This document shows, one piece after another, positions 9,519 through 19,924 of a stretch of 64,000 nucleotides of DNA (its first letter is position 1; each line of letters opens with the position of its first letter). Under the pieces are notes generated by a model. The model saw only the letters and a program-made list of their open reading frames with translations, was not told where the DNA came from and did not search any database. The stretch comes from Terriglobia bacterium (lineage in GTDB: Bacteria > Acidobacteriota > Terriglobia > Acidiferrales > UBA7541). Both the position numbers and the translations under genes were made by a program. The stretch covers positions 3,520,001-3,584,000 of the forward strand of contig OY968796.1 of assembly GCA_963695545.1 (NCBI GenBank), given 5' to 3'.

Positions 9519-12500
9519 ATGCATCCTTCGCTGCGAGTTGCTCAGCTCTCAAGACAATTTGCAGGCCTCGTGTGCATTGCCTGTTTGCTTTCGCTCCACG
9601 CCTTCGCGCAAAAGCAAGGCGAAAGCGCGGGCACGCCCACATCGCCCGCCACAAGCGCATCGCCCCAGGCCCGCAATCCGGTGACAATAAGATTGTTCTC
9701 GAATGATTGGCCTACCGGGAAGGGCACGAAGGTTATCTTGTACCTCAGCGGCACCACAACCGTTTCGGTCCCCGCGGGCGAGAATGGTGTCACCACGATT
9801 GCTCCGCCAGCTGTCCCCGAGGGCGGAGTATCCCTGGACATTTATTTCCCTCCGGGTGGTAACGTCGCGTTGGTCGACCACGGTTGGCCGGCTCCGCCCG
9901 GTGCCGAAGGTCAAACTCCTATCGCCACCATCCCGTTTACGGAATCCACCACATCAATCTCCATCGACTCTTACGATCCTTCTCGCTATGGGGTTGGGGT
10001 CGTGACGACAACCGGGGAGATTTTGACGCATTTTTCCTGGGATACCGAATCCCAGGTGTCCCTCCCAGATCCTCAGACATTCGGCGCAGTAGGAGGAATA
10101 CACAATCACCCCGGATTTTACCCTTTCACTCCAGACTTCGGTCGGCGCCGGCGAGAACTCTGCCAACACGGCCCCAAATGCGACTACTGGAAGCGCGCCG
10201 AACACGTTCACTGTCGCGTGGACCGACTCGGCTGGCAACCTTACTGTCTACTCCGGCGTAAGTGCCGACAATATCGGCCTGCCGCGAGAGTTGATCGGGC
10301 TGATCTACGGAGGCCCCGAGACCTTGAACTCCGGAAACGTCGGTTGCAACGGCCCTGTCAGCTTCACCTGTAAGCCGGGGACAGGCGCGACCGCCCCGGC
10401 CGAGGAAACGCCAATCAGCGCCCCTGCCCCTTTCTCACCGGCGCTCTCAGTGGAAAATGGCGCTGCCCCAGGTGCAGCGGAGCCGGCACCGACGCCCACA
10501 CAAACGCAAGCGCCAGCCGCCGCTCCCGTGTCGGCGACCACCGGCACCGTCGCGCCGCAAGGAACCTCAAGCGCTGGCGCTGGCTCGTTCTCGCCGGCGC
10601 TCTCCGTGGAAACGGCCGTTGGGCCATGCGCCGCCGCTAATGATTGTGCCGCGGCGAAAGGACTCTACGACGATGCAATTCAGAACGCGATCGTCGCCGG
10701 CAATGACCTGATCCAGGCCACGAATACTCTGAACCAGGCTACGGATACGTTGAGCCAAGCCAAGAGCGACCAGCAGACCGGCCCCGCGCAGGCCAATTAC
10801 AACAACGCCTTCGCCAATTACAAATCCAAGCAGACCGCTTACACCAACGCAGCCGACACCGCAATCGCGAATTTTTACGCCTGGCAGGAGATAGCCGAAA
10901 AATTAGAAGCAAAGCCCGTGCAGTTGGCGCCGACAGATATCGGAGCCAACGTCATCCCCGAGGCAAACGCGCCTGCTTCACAAAATAAAGTCGCGACACC
11001 CGCACCGGGCAGCACGGAGGCTCGGCCTGCCCCCGGCGCCACGGCGGGCGCGAACGCTGCCTCAGAGCAGCAAACAGAAGAGCCCATGCCCGCGTTGACG
11101 CCGGAGGAGCAGGCGCAAGCACAGTTGGCGGAAGAAGAGATTGCACGGGAGCAAGCCGCAGCAAAGGAGGAAGAAGAAAAGCAGCGACAGCAGGCACTCG
11201 AGGAAGAGAAAGAAAAGGAGCAACAGAAGGCCCTGGAGCAGTCGCAAGAGAATCCGTCAATGGAGGCCAATCCCGGAGGAGAAGGCGCTGCCCCCGAGGC
11301 AAATGCGCCCGGTGCTTCCGAGAACACGGTCCCAGCCCCCACGCCTTCCGACGAGGGCGCTAACCCTCGCGCCTCCGAGCAAAACGGGACTGGTTCGCAA
11401 AGCTCCGGCACAGTTTCTACCGGCGAAGGTGCCACCGGCGCAGGCGCGGCCTCTTCCGCCACGAAAGATATTATCGTCAGCCTGGACGAACCCGCAGCGC
11501 AGGCCGACCTCATAACCGGCGACAACGGTACGCACGCGACGCTCACCAAAGGGGCGCTGACCGACGGCGGCAAAACTGCCCGCTTCGCTCTGCCCCAAAG
11601 CATTGGCACCGGCCCGACAGTCAACGTAAATGGGGAAAATACCGTCCTTCTCACCGTGCCGAAAAGGATGGCAACTGCGGGCTCATCCACGGCACCTGGC
11701 AACAATCAATCCGCGGCGTCCGCAGGACAGACGGCGTCGCGAGACCCGGGGATTAATGGGTACATCCTCCTCGCGGATACGTCGAAAGGCTCCCAGAGCA
11801 ACGCCGACCTGGAGAAGGACAGCTGGACCTGGGGCTCGTCCCAATTCCCGACCTTCTTACTGCTCGGCCCCATGCCCGAATGCAAGTCCGCAACCTCCGC
11901 CGCCGCACCCTCGAACTCAAATGCCTCCCCGTGTTTTTTGAACTTTAAGTTCAAGCAGGTTGACGTTACCTCTGTGCGCCCGAGCAGCTCAAACGAGACC
12001 GCGCTGCCTTCGGGGGGCATCATCCTCGCTCTCCCCACCGCGACGCCTGCCACCGGCCCCCTAAGCACGACACCCGGCGTCGGGACATCCGCCAGCGCCT
12101 CCAACTTTTATATCGAAGCCTACCGAGATGCAGGCGGTGACGTGGTAACTGTGATGCATCCCACGTTCACGGCTACGGCGAGCGGCATAATTGTCAACGG
12201 CGGAGCTACCACAAACGCCGCGTCCGCCAAGCAGCAAGCGGCGCTTCCGTACCAAACCTATCTGGGCGGCTCGGGATACACCGACTCGAGCAGCGGCGGC
12301 GCTACCGTGCCGGCGAGTGGAGCCGGCAGCTCGATCGCAGCAACTTCGAGCAGCCAGCAACCGGCGCTTCCCTACCAAACCTATCTGGGCGGCTCCGGCA
12401 ACACCAACTCGGTCAGCACCGGCACGCAAGCGATCTCTTCCGCCCCGATAAAGTTCTCGGTGACCTTTCCTGTAGCCATCCCTGTGACCGAAGCAGAGGC

Positions 12501-14526
12501 GATATTCTGGGGCAAGACCACGAGCCCGGTGATCATTCCACTGATTCCAACCCCGCTAGTTCAACTGGGTACGACTCCCCCCTCTGCCAACTCACTCTTG
12601 ACCTTCACGGCTACCGCGTCGGGCCCACATGCCATCGTGGGGCAGCCCGAAACGACTAGCGTGTCTCCAAACACACCGTCTGCCGCCGCGGGCTCTAGCA
12701 CTTCGGCCACTCAACCCGCGACCCCCACTGGCACCCAAGGCACGTCGACCGGGGCATCCGTCACCACGAACGCCGGCGGCACAAAACTAAAATACATTCT
12801 CCCCATCGCGGGCGGAGGCGCCGTCGCCGCTTTCTTGTTATCGAAGAAACCTGGCAACGCCAGCCCGGCAGCGGCCCCAAACCCGTTAAACATGATCATT
12901 CTAACGGTGCCGCAAGTTCCGGCAACCACCGGTTCTCCCACCACGAACTCCAAGATCCCAGCCTCGGCGTTCTCTGGACCGTATGTGTTCACCGCCGGGC
13001 CACTCTTGTCCAGTCTTGGCGCCGGCCCCGCGGCAACGGCGCCAGAGATCCAGCTGCAGGCCATTCCCGTACCAGCGTGCCAGCCCGCCACCTCCAGCGC
13101 CGCGCCTCCGAACACCAACGGGATGTGGTCGTTGTACGTTCAAACCAGCGAAAACACTTCCGCCATCGCCGGCGGTTGGTGTCTCGATTTCTCCGCTCCC
13201 TCGGTTCATTTTACGTCGCTCGGAGGGTGGACATTAAACTTCCTGGCCAACCCGCCCTCGACTTCGGCTAGCGATACAGCCACCGGCGGCAACGCGACAA
13301 CGAGCGCCTCGTCAACGGGCACTGGTTCAGTCGCGGTTACGGTTCCCGGTTCTCTCGCCGCCACCACGCCTGAAGTTTGCAGCGCGACGACCGGCGTTTG
13401 TACGACCGGCGGCACGACCACCTTCGTCCCGTCGACCGGCGCGACCGGTGCCATCGCCTCGAACTCTGCCGGCGGATCCTCTAGCGCATCCAACAGCGTT
13501 GCTGCGGCCGCCACTGCGACTGTCCCCGCAAGCCCATCCTCGAGCGGCTCTCCGACTGTCACCAGTCTTTCGGTTTGCCCGAGCCTGGCATGGCAGGATG
13601 CCGCATCCAAACTGCCTCTGGCAAAAGTCATTTCGGATGGAACGAGTCCTGGGTTTGGCGTGGACATCAAAACGCCGCCCGGTCTTAACACCACTATCTT
13701 CACCACTCCGCGGAGCGATCGTATTGAAGTGTATCTGCCGAGCGTGCTCTTACCCGGGCAAACCTTTTCGGCGTCGATGAAAGTCGTGCCGAAGGATCCC
13801 GCGGATCAAAAGGAACTGAATTCTTACTCGTTCAGAATCGGCGGCCAACCAACGGGGCTCAGCACCGGAATCTTTTCCGCAGCAGTTCCTGCCGCAACCG
13901 CTGGTTCATCCACTGACTTGGTTCTCGTCGACAAGAAAGGGAAAGAACAAGCCGGAGTATCGCTTCCTCTTTCTTCGACGCCCCCGTCGCCGCCGCTGGA
14001 GACTGATTTGCCCGCGAGCGCGACGTACGGAGACGTCATCGTAATTCACGCTCCCATGCAGGGAGCCTTCGCGCCTACGGACTACGTCAAGATTGGTGGG
14101 GTAAATGTTCAACTGCTGGCAAAATCCGCAAACGAGCTCGTGGCGCTCGATACCAGCGATGTACCTGGCCCGACCGAGATTGAGAGCAATGTGAATGGCA
14201 CGGTCACCAAAGGTCCATTCCGTAATTTCACGCTCAAACTCTGGGCCGACCAATACCATCTCCTAAAAGGTCAGGGAACCACCGTCCACATTCTGGTCAG
14301 CGGTCTTGAAAAGCTGCAAACCGCAGCGCCAATGACCATCGACACCTCCGGCACAGTCACCATGGCCGGTGGCAATTCGCAGGCTTTGTCGATCACCCCA
14401 AGCGACGTGCAACCCCACGGAACCTATTCCACCGACCGCGCCCTCTCGTCCTACGAAGCGGGCGATTTCCGAGTGGTCGTCACCGTTAGGGTGAACCCGA
14501 TTTGCGGCTCCGCGGACCAGCCATGA
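9519..14526 (+). pseudogene. Giant secreted low-complexity/repeat protein split by a +1 frameshift near 10093-10120
   Basis: Signal peptide from ATG 9519 (GGAGG RBS); first frame degrades into Arg-rich sequence after ~10140; the +1 frame is open from 10093 (EEYTITPDFTLSLQ...) to 14526. Confidence 0.7.
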
Positions 14527-14643
14527 TTTCGTAAAGTAACGGGTAAGGACGACTCGATTTCCGCGAAGCGTAGTTCACCCATCTCGTCGACGTTGTTGAG
14601 GGCGCCTGGCCCATCCTCTGGCGAGCAAAAGGGGCGCCTGGCC

Positions 14644-14700
14644 CAGCCTTTGACCTGAGGGTGGCCCATCCTTTGTCCGCCGCGGCGGACAAAGGGTGGG
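14644..14700. repeat. REP-like palindromic element, copy 1
   Basis: CCCATCCTTTGTCCGCCGCGGCGGACAAAGGGTGGG hairpin; 56/57 identical to 17653-17709. Confidence 0.9.
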
Positions 14701-14959
14701 CTCTCGACCGTGGAACCTGAAGTGCTAGACTGCAGCAACAGGTGCCCGCGTTTGACCACGAATCACAATTCTTCCTTTGCACCCGCAACCAGAAAATCGG
14801 GACACGTTCGGTCTTCCCCGGTTTTTCCGAGGCGAATGGCGCGCTGGATTCTCGCCTTGGACGTTAGGTGAAATTCTAATGCGCGCCATGCGTTTGACCT
14901 GACCGGGGTTTTTTGTACCAGCGGGAGTGAGAGAGAATTCACTCTGGAGGGAAGCTGGT

Positions 14960-15238
14960 ATGCCGATGAGGAGATACAAGCCGGAGCAGATCGTCACGCT
15001 GCTGCGGCAAGTTGAAGTTGAAGTCGCCAACGGAAAGAGCACCCCACAAGCCTGCAAGGAAGCCGAGATCACCGCGCAGACCTACTACCGCTGGCGGAAG
15101 GAATACGGCGGCCTGAAGTTGGATCAAGCGAAACGCCTCAAAGAGTTGGAGCGGGAAAACGCCAAGCTGAAACGGTTGGTGGCGGAGCTTTCGTTGGAGA
15201 AGCAAATTCTGAAGGATGTGGCAGAGGGAAACTTCTAA
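14960..15238 (+). CDS. IS3 transposase OrfA (HTH + leucine zipper)
   Basis: TYYRWRKEYGG and LKELERENAKLKRLVAELSL; GGGAAAC -1 slippery heptamer at 15226-15232. Confidence 0.92.
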   Translation: MPMRRYKPEQIVTLLRQVEVEVANGKSTPQACKEAEITAQTYYRWRKEYGGLKLDQAKRLKELERENAKLKRLVAELSLEKQILKDVAEGNF

Positions 15239-15261
15239 GCCCTGAGCGGCGACGTAGCGCG

Positions 15262-16104
15262 GTGGAGCATGCACGCGAGAGCTACCAAGTATCAGAGCGG
15301 CATGCCTGCCGGTTGCTGGGGCAGTGGAGAGGGACACAACGCTACGAGGTGATCCACCGAACGGATGAAGACGCGCTGACGCGAGACATCGTGGCGCTGG
15401 CCAGCGAGTACGGGCGCTTCGGCTATCGGAGGATCACGGCGCTGTTGCAAGCACGGGGCTGGTATGTGGGCAAGGATCGGGTGCAGCGGATCTGGCGGCG
15501 CGAAGGGCTGAAAGTGCCGCAGGGACAAAGGCCGCGAGGAAGGCTGTGGTTGAACGACGGATCGTGTGTTCGTCTCCGGCCGGAACGAGCCAACCATGTG
15601 TGGAGCTACGATTTCGTGAGCGCGATGACCCACGACGGCCGAACACTGCGAATGCTGACGCTGATCGACGAATACACGCGGGAGTGCCTGGCGATCCGCG
15701 TGGCGAGAAGGCTGGGGAGATACGAAGTGATCGAAGCGCTGGCGGACGTGATGCTTTACCGGGGAATTCCGGAACATATTCGCTCGGACAACGGCCCGGA
15801 GTTCGTGGCCAAGGAGCTGAGGAGTTGGCTGGCGAAGGTGGGAACGGGGACGCTGTACATCGAACCGGGAAGCCCTTGGGAGAATGGCTACTGCGAAAGC
15901 TTCAACGGGAAATTGCGCGATGAATGTTTGAACGGAGAGATTTTTTACTCGCTGAAGGAAGCGCAGATCGTGATCGAGAAATGGCGGATGGTGTACAACA
16001 CGCTGCGTCCGCACTCAGCGCTGGGCTACAGGCCACCGGCGCCGGTGGCCTGTAGCCCCTTGGTGCCGCCAATTCTCGGTTCGCCGTCGACGGCTGTGAT
16101 GTAG
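15262..16104 (+). CDS. IS3 transposase OrfB (DDE core), probably expressed as an OrfAB fusion
   Basis: WSYDF, RSDNGPEF, GYCESFNGKLRDE, RPHSALG. Confidence 0.95.
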   Translation: MEHARESYQVSERHACRLLGQWRGTQRYEVIHRTDEDALTRDIVALASEYGRFGYRRITALLQARGWYVGKDRVQRIWRREGLKVPQGQRPRGRLWLNDGSCVRLRPERANHVWSYDFVSAMTHDGRTLRMLTLIDEYTRECLAIRVARRLGRYEVIEALADVMLYRGIPEHIRSDNGPEFVAKELRSWLAKVGTGTLYIEPGSPWENGYCESFNGKLRDECLNGEIFYSLKEAQIVIEKWRMVYNTLRPHSALGYRPPAPVACSPLVPPILGSPSTAVM

Positions 16105-16144
16105 ACTCTCTCATTCACCGTGGTACAAAAACTCGGGCTGGTCA

Positions 16145-16240
16145 TTTACCGGTGCTAGCGGAACAGGTAACAATGCTATTCCAATCTATTGGGAACAAGG
16201 TGCGAGCCAGGATCTACTCAATATCTTAGGCCCGAAATAG
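16145..16240 (+). pseudogene. C-terminal remnant of a gene truncated by the IS (..NNAIPIYWEQGASQDLLNILGPK*)
   Basis: Open frame from the IS end; a homologous copy at 16943-17008 differs by several synonymous changes. Confidence 0.55.
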
Positions 16241-16262
16241 ACTCATCTAGGACGAGGACACC

Positions 16263-16928
16263 ATGCGGGAAGAGGAAGAAGTCCGACGCTTCACAAAACG
16301 ACTGCGCTATGCACATGAAATCCTATTCTCGTTGGCCACGGGATTTTGGGTTGGCATCGGGGGATTCCTAGGGTTATTCCCGCCCCTCAGACTAACTTCC
16401 GTCCCTTTCGCGTTCCTTGAGAAGGCATTGTTCCACACTGTGCCGCGTTTCGGCATATTCCTCAGCAATCGCGAGTACGTTATCGCGGCTGCATATTTAA
16501 ATGCTCTATTGGCTGCCGTTCTTATCTTCGTTTTCCTCAGACTGATCTCTCGTACCCTCCTGGCTAGGTGGATCGTGTATTCGGCGGCCGGTCCTATCGT
16601 GCTTCTCTGCGTGCCTGCTGGCTGGCTTTTTGAAACACATTTTTTGCCGGTGCTTCGGGGCCCGCCGAACCCGCCGCGCCCCGTGCTGATGCTTGAATTA
16701 GCTACCGCTCTCTTCTGTGCGCTGCTTTACTTGGATGCTAGGCACTGGGTCCCGAAATGGGTTGGCGCCCTGCTGCTGAGTGGTCATACAGCCCTCTGGT
16801 TTTGGGTCGCCGGAGGTGGCGCGTACCGCAAGTTCGGTTTTTCCTTCGTGGTCCTTTCGATTCTTACTTTCTGCTCCATGATGGCCTGGAGTTTCTACGT
16901 GGCCAGTCTGAGCAAGCAGGTGACGTGA
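16263..16928 (+). CDS. Multi-pass membrane protein, unknown function (candidate immunity-type protein)
   Basis: GAGGA RBS; about six hydrophobic segments; AT-richer than the flanks. Confidence 0.7.
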   Translation: MREEEEVRRFTKRLRYAHEILFSLATGFWVGIGGFLGLFPPLRLTSVPFAFLEKALFHTVPRFGIFLSNREYVIAAAYLNALLAAVLIFVFLRLISRTLLARWIVYSAAGPIVLLCVPAGWLFETHFLPVLRGPPNPPRPVLMLELATALFCALLYLDARHWVPKWVGALLLSGHTALWFWVAGGGAYRKFGFSFVVLSILTFCSMMAWSFYVASLSKQVT

Positions 16929-16942
16929 GCAAATGCGCTGTG

Positions 16943-17150
16943 GCTGTTCCAATCTATTGGGAACAGGGCGCGAACACCAGCCTACTGAACATCCTGGGCC
17001 CGAGGTAGTTTCCTCCAAAACGAGGACAACATGCAGGAAGAGGAAGATGTCCGAGGTTTCACAAAACCGCTGCGCTACGTTCATGAAACCCTGTTCTCAC
17101 TGGCCACGGGATGGTTCCATTGTGTCGGACGTTTCCTTAGGTTCCACCGC
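16943..17150 (+). pseudogene. Degenerate second copy of the tip remnant plus the 5' end of the membrane gene
   Basis: 16175-16344 aligns without gaps to 16943-17112 (AVPIYWEQGANTSLLNILGPR*; MQEEEDVRGFTKPLRYVHETLFSLATG). Confidence 0.7.
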
Positions 17151-17285
17151 CGTGGGCACGGGAGATCAGGCCTCGGAAAAACTCGGGAACAATCGAGGAA
17201 CAGAACCTGCCAAATACCGTCAAAAATCCAGTACAACGACATAGGTAAAGACAAGACGAGCCAACTACTTGGTGTTCTCAGAGTA

Positions 17286-17332
17286 GCTTTGCAAGCAGGG
17301 GGTCGCCGGTTCGATCCCGGCCACGTCCACCA
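17286..17332 (+). other. 3' half of tRNA-Ala(TGC), att-site-like remnant
   Basis: GCTTTGCAAGC anticodon loop, T-arm GCCGG-TTCGATC-CCGGC, ends TCCACCA; no D-arm or 5' acceptor strand upstream. Confidence 0.85.
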
Positions 17333-17510
17333 ACGTTTTCTCTGATTGCAGAACACCTTGGAAACTCATCGCGGCTTCTATCCCTTCGTATTTCGCGCAC
17401 CGGAATGAACGCTGGGAGCGAGATCCTGTCGTAGCGCACACTTTTCACATTACCCTCGATCAAAAGAACGATGTTGCAAAGATGCGGGAGCGACCGGCAA
17501 GCTGATACGC

Positions 17511-17652
17511 GTGCCAGAACTGCCGGATATCGCCGCCTACATCAGTGCCCTCGAGCCGCGCATTGTGGCCCAGCCGATTGAGCGAGTGCGACTCGCAAGC
17601 CCTTTTCTTCTGCGAAGCGTGCAACCGCCGATTTCGGATGTGGCGGGTGGCG
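17511..17652 (+). pseudogene. N-terminal fragment of an Fpg/Nei-family DNA glycosylase
   Basis: MPELPD N-terminal catalytic motif; ORF runs into the REP-like copy at 17653 after ~47 codons. Confidence 0.75.
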
Positions 17653-17709
17653 CAGCCTTTGACCTGAGGGTGGCCCATCCTTTGTCCGCCGCGGCGGAAA
17701 AAGGGTGGG
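17653..17709. repeat. REP-like palindromic element, copy 2
   Basis: Direct repeat of 14644-14700 with one mismatch. Confidence 0.9.
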
Positions 17710-17763
17710 TCTTTCCCATCAATCCCATTCGAATTGACTTTTCGAATACCTCATAAATATATG

Positions 17764-17793
17764 TTGACACTGTAGTATTGCTCGTGCTAGGCT
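17764..17793 (+). promoter_or_regulatory. Putative sigma70 promoter
   Basis: TTGACA-N18-TAGGCT with TGn extension. Confidence 0.55.
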
Positions 17794-18019
17794 TCGGCGT
17801 GACTTGCAAACGCACGCCTTCGCCGCTGAAACTGCGGGCGACGCACGCCGCCCGCCCGCGCAAGCTTTTCCCGCTCACGCCCAACTCATCCGCACAAGTC
17901 CTGCCGACGAAGTTTCCGCGCTTCGGCGCGTCTCGCGAGGAGCGGTCCGCCCGCCCTGCCCGGGCTACCAAATATCATCGATTCAGTTCAGCCGAATCGC
18001 GCTCACGTGTACCAACGCG

Positions 18020-18195
18020 TCGCCGTAAACCGCTGATTGCAAACCAAATGCAAAAGAGTGCGCATCTCGTTGAAAATAAACACTCGCAAGCCTATTGTCC
18101 TCAATCAATTACGCACTCTTTGTCACTCTTTTCCCGGAAGTCCTGTGTTTGCCGCTCTTACGCAAAACATACCCGGGGGGTGTGGGGGGTGGGCG
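18020..18195 (+). repeat. AT-rich intergenic element ending in ATACCCGGGGGG..GGGG
   Basis: Degenerate AAG...TTAC units; terminus similar to the reverse complement of 55750-55775. Confidence 0.55.
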
Positions 18196-18337
18196 TGCCA
18201 ACTGGAGCGATTTCCTTCCCCGCCGGCGATCCACAACTCCGCGCCGCCGTAAGGATATGTCGATCGAGACCCGGGCTGCGCCGATTGACACCACCGGCCC
18301 CACGACTTACCCTGAATCGAGGCGAGGCATAGCGCGC

Positions 18338-19174
18338 ATGGATATCTTCGAGGAAATCGTTCGATTGCGGCGCGCGGGACAACGCGCGGCTCTCGCCACC
18401 ATCGTGCACACCGACGGCTCGATCCCGAGCTACGAAAGCTCGCGCATGCTCGTGCGTGAAGATGGGTCAATCGCCGGCACCATCGGCGGAGGCTGCGTTG
18501 AAGCCGAAGTCTGGGCCGCGGCCAAGGAAGTGATGCGCGCCGAAAGCCCCCGCAAAATGACCTTTAACCTAAATCACGAAGCCGATTACGATAATGGCCT
18601 GATCTGCGGCGGCACACTCGAAATCTTCGTCGAACCGATTCTCCCGCAGCCCGATCTCGTAATTTTCGGCGGCGGACACGTCTCCATGGCCCTCGGCCAC
18701 GCCGCGCACGCCGCGGGCTTCTCCATCAGCGTGGTCGACGATCGCGAATCTTTCGCCAACACCGAGCGCTTCCCCGCCGCGCACCGCATTCTCACCAGCT
18801 TTGAAGACGCTTTCGCCGCGCTCAAGCCCGGCGCCTCCACCTACATCGTGATCATCACGCGCGGCCATCGCGACGATCTGCGCGTTCTTGAATGGGCCGT
18901 CTCCACCGACGCCCGCTACATCGGCATGATCGGCAGCCGCCGCAAAGTTCTCTCCGTCTATCGCGCGCTCGAAGAAAAAGCCGGCATCCCGCCCGAGCGC
19001 TTCGCGCGCGTGTTCGCCCCGATCGGTCTCGCCATCGGCGCGCTCACGCCCGAAGAAATCGCTGTGAGCATCGCCGCCGAATTGATCGCCGTCCGCCGCG
19101 GCGCCGTTGACGCCGCGCACAAATCCATTCGCCACATTCTCGCCACGCCCGCTTCCGCCGCTTCCACCGATTGA
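18338..19174 (+). CDS. xdhC: XdhC/CoxI family molybdoenzyme maturation factor
   Basis: GTIGGGCVE, GLICGG, FGGGHV, TRGH, YIGMIGSRRK, PIGL..PEEIAVSI. Confidence 0.92.
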   Translation: MDIFEEIVRLRRAGQRAALATIVHTDGSIPSYESSRMLVREDGSIAGTIGGGCVEAEVWAAAKEVMRAESPRKMTFNLNHEADYDNGLICGGTLEIFVEPILPQPDLVIFGGGHVSMALGHAAHAAGFSISVVDDRESFANTERFPAAHRILTSFEDAFAALKPGASTYIVIITRGHRDDLRVLEWAVSTDARYIGMIGSRRKVLSVYRALEEKAGIPPERFARVFAPIGLAIGALTPEEIAVSIAAELIAVRRGAVDAAHKSIRHILATPASAASTD

Positions 19175-19181
19175 AGCCGCC

Positions 19182-19832
19182 GTGCTCGCCGCCGTTATTT
19201 TGTCCGCCGGCCAATCGAGCCGCATGGGCACGCCCAAAGCGCTCGTCGATTTTCGCGGCAAAACTTTTCTCGCCCACCTTCTCGACGCCGCGCAACATCC
19301 CCAGATCGGTTTCGTCCGCGTAGTTCTCGGCGCCCACGACGCCGAGATTCGCCGCGCCCTAAATCTCCCCGACGATCTCGTCGTGCTAAATCCCGATTGG
19401 CAGCGCGGCCAACTCTCCTCCATCCAAGTCGCCCTTCGCGCTCTCTCCGCCGACGCTCGCGCAACATCCGCGGCGCGCAGCGATCACGTCGCCAAAGCCG
19501 CGCCTGCTAGCGACGCGCTCGACGGAATCCTTCTCTGCCCCGTCGATCATCCGCTCATCACCCGCTCGCTCGTCGCCGCGCTCGTCGCGGCGTTCTACTC
19601 CGACGCGAAGCCGCTCATCGTCGTGCCCACATTCCGCGGACGTCGCGGTCATCCCGTAATCTTCTCCCGCTCCCTCTTCCCCGAGCTGCTCTCCGCTCCC
19701 GCCGACGAAGGCGCGCGCGCCGTCGTCTGGTCGCACGCAAGCCAAGTCGCCGAAGTCCCCACCGAAGAAGAAGGAGTTGTACTGAACATGGATGATCCCG
19801 AATCTCTCCGCCGCGCCCGCGGAGAGTCATGA
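19182..19832 (+). CDS. MobA/MocA-like nucleotidyltransferase (probable molybdenum cofactor cytidylyltransferase)
   Basis: ILSAGQSSRMGTPKAL, PVDHP, GRRGHPV; adjacent to xdhC. Confidence 0.85.
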   Translation: MLAAVILSAGQSSRMGTPKALVDFRGKTFLAHLLDAAQHPQIGFVRVVLGAHDAEIRRALNLPDDLVVLNPDWQRGQLSSIQVALRALSADARATSAARSDHVAKAAPASDALDGILLCPVDHPLITRSLVAALVAAFYSDAKPLIVVPTFRGRRGHPVIFSRSLFPELLSAPADEGARAVVWSHASQVAEVPTEEEGVVLNMDDPESLRRARGES

Positions 19833-19924
19833 GCGCGCCGCGGCACATCGCCTGCGCAATGGCCACGCCGCATCTGCCGCACGACGTCGGGAAGTTGAGA
19901 GCAGCGGCGAGAAGTCTCCCGCCC

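Larger units (their letters stand above)
14895..16144 (+). mobile_element. IS3-family insertion sequence (IS407-like), ~1250 bp
   Basis: Imperfect terminal IRs TGACC...TTTTTGTACCA..GAGAGAG with TG...CA ends; orfA/orfB; no clear target duplication. Confidence 0.92.

Noticed and set aside
14890..16150. Target-site duplication for the IS3 element
   Set aside because: Flanks CGTT and TTTA do not match over 3-4 bp; possibly an adjacent deletion
17250..17332. Complete tRNA gene
   Set aside because: No 5' acceptor strand or D-arm; only the 3' half is present
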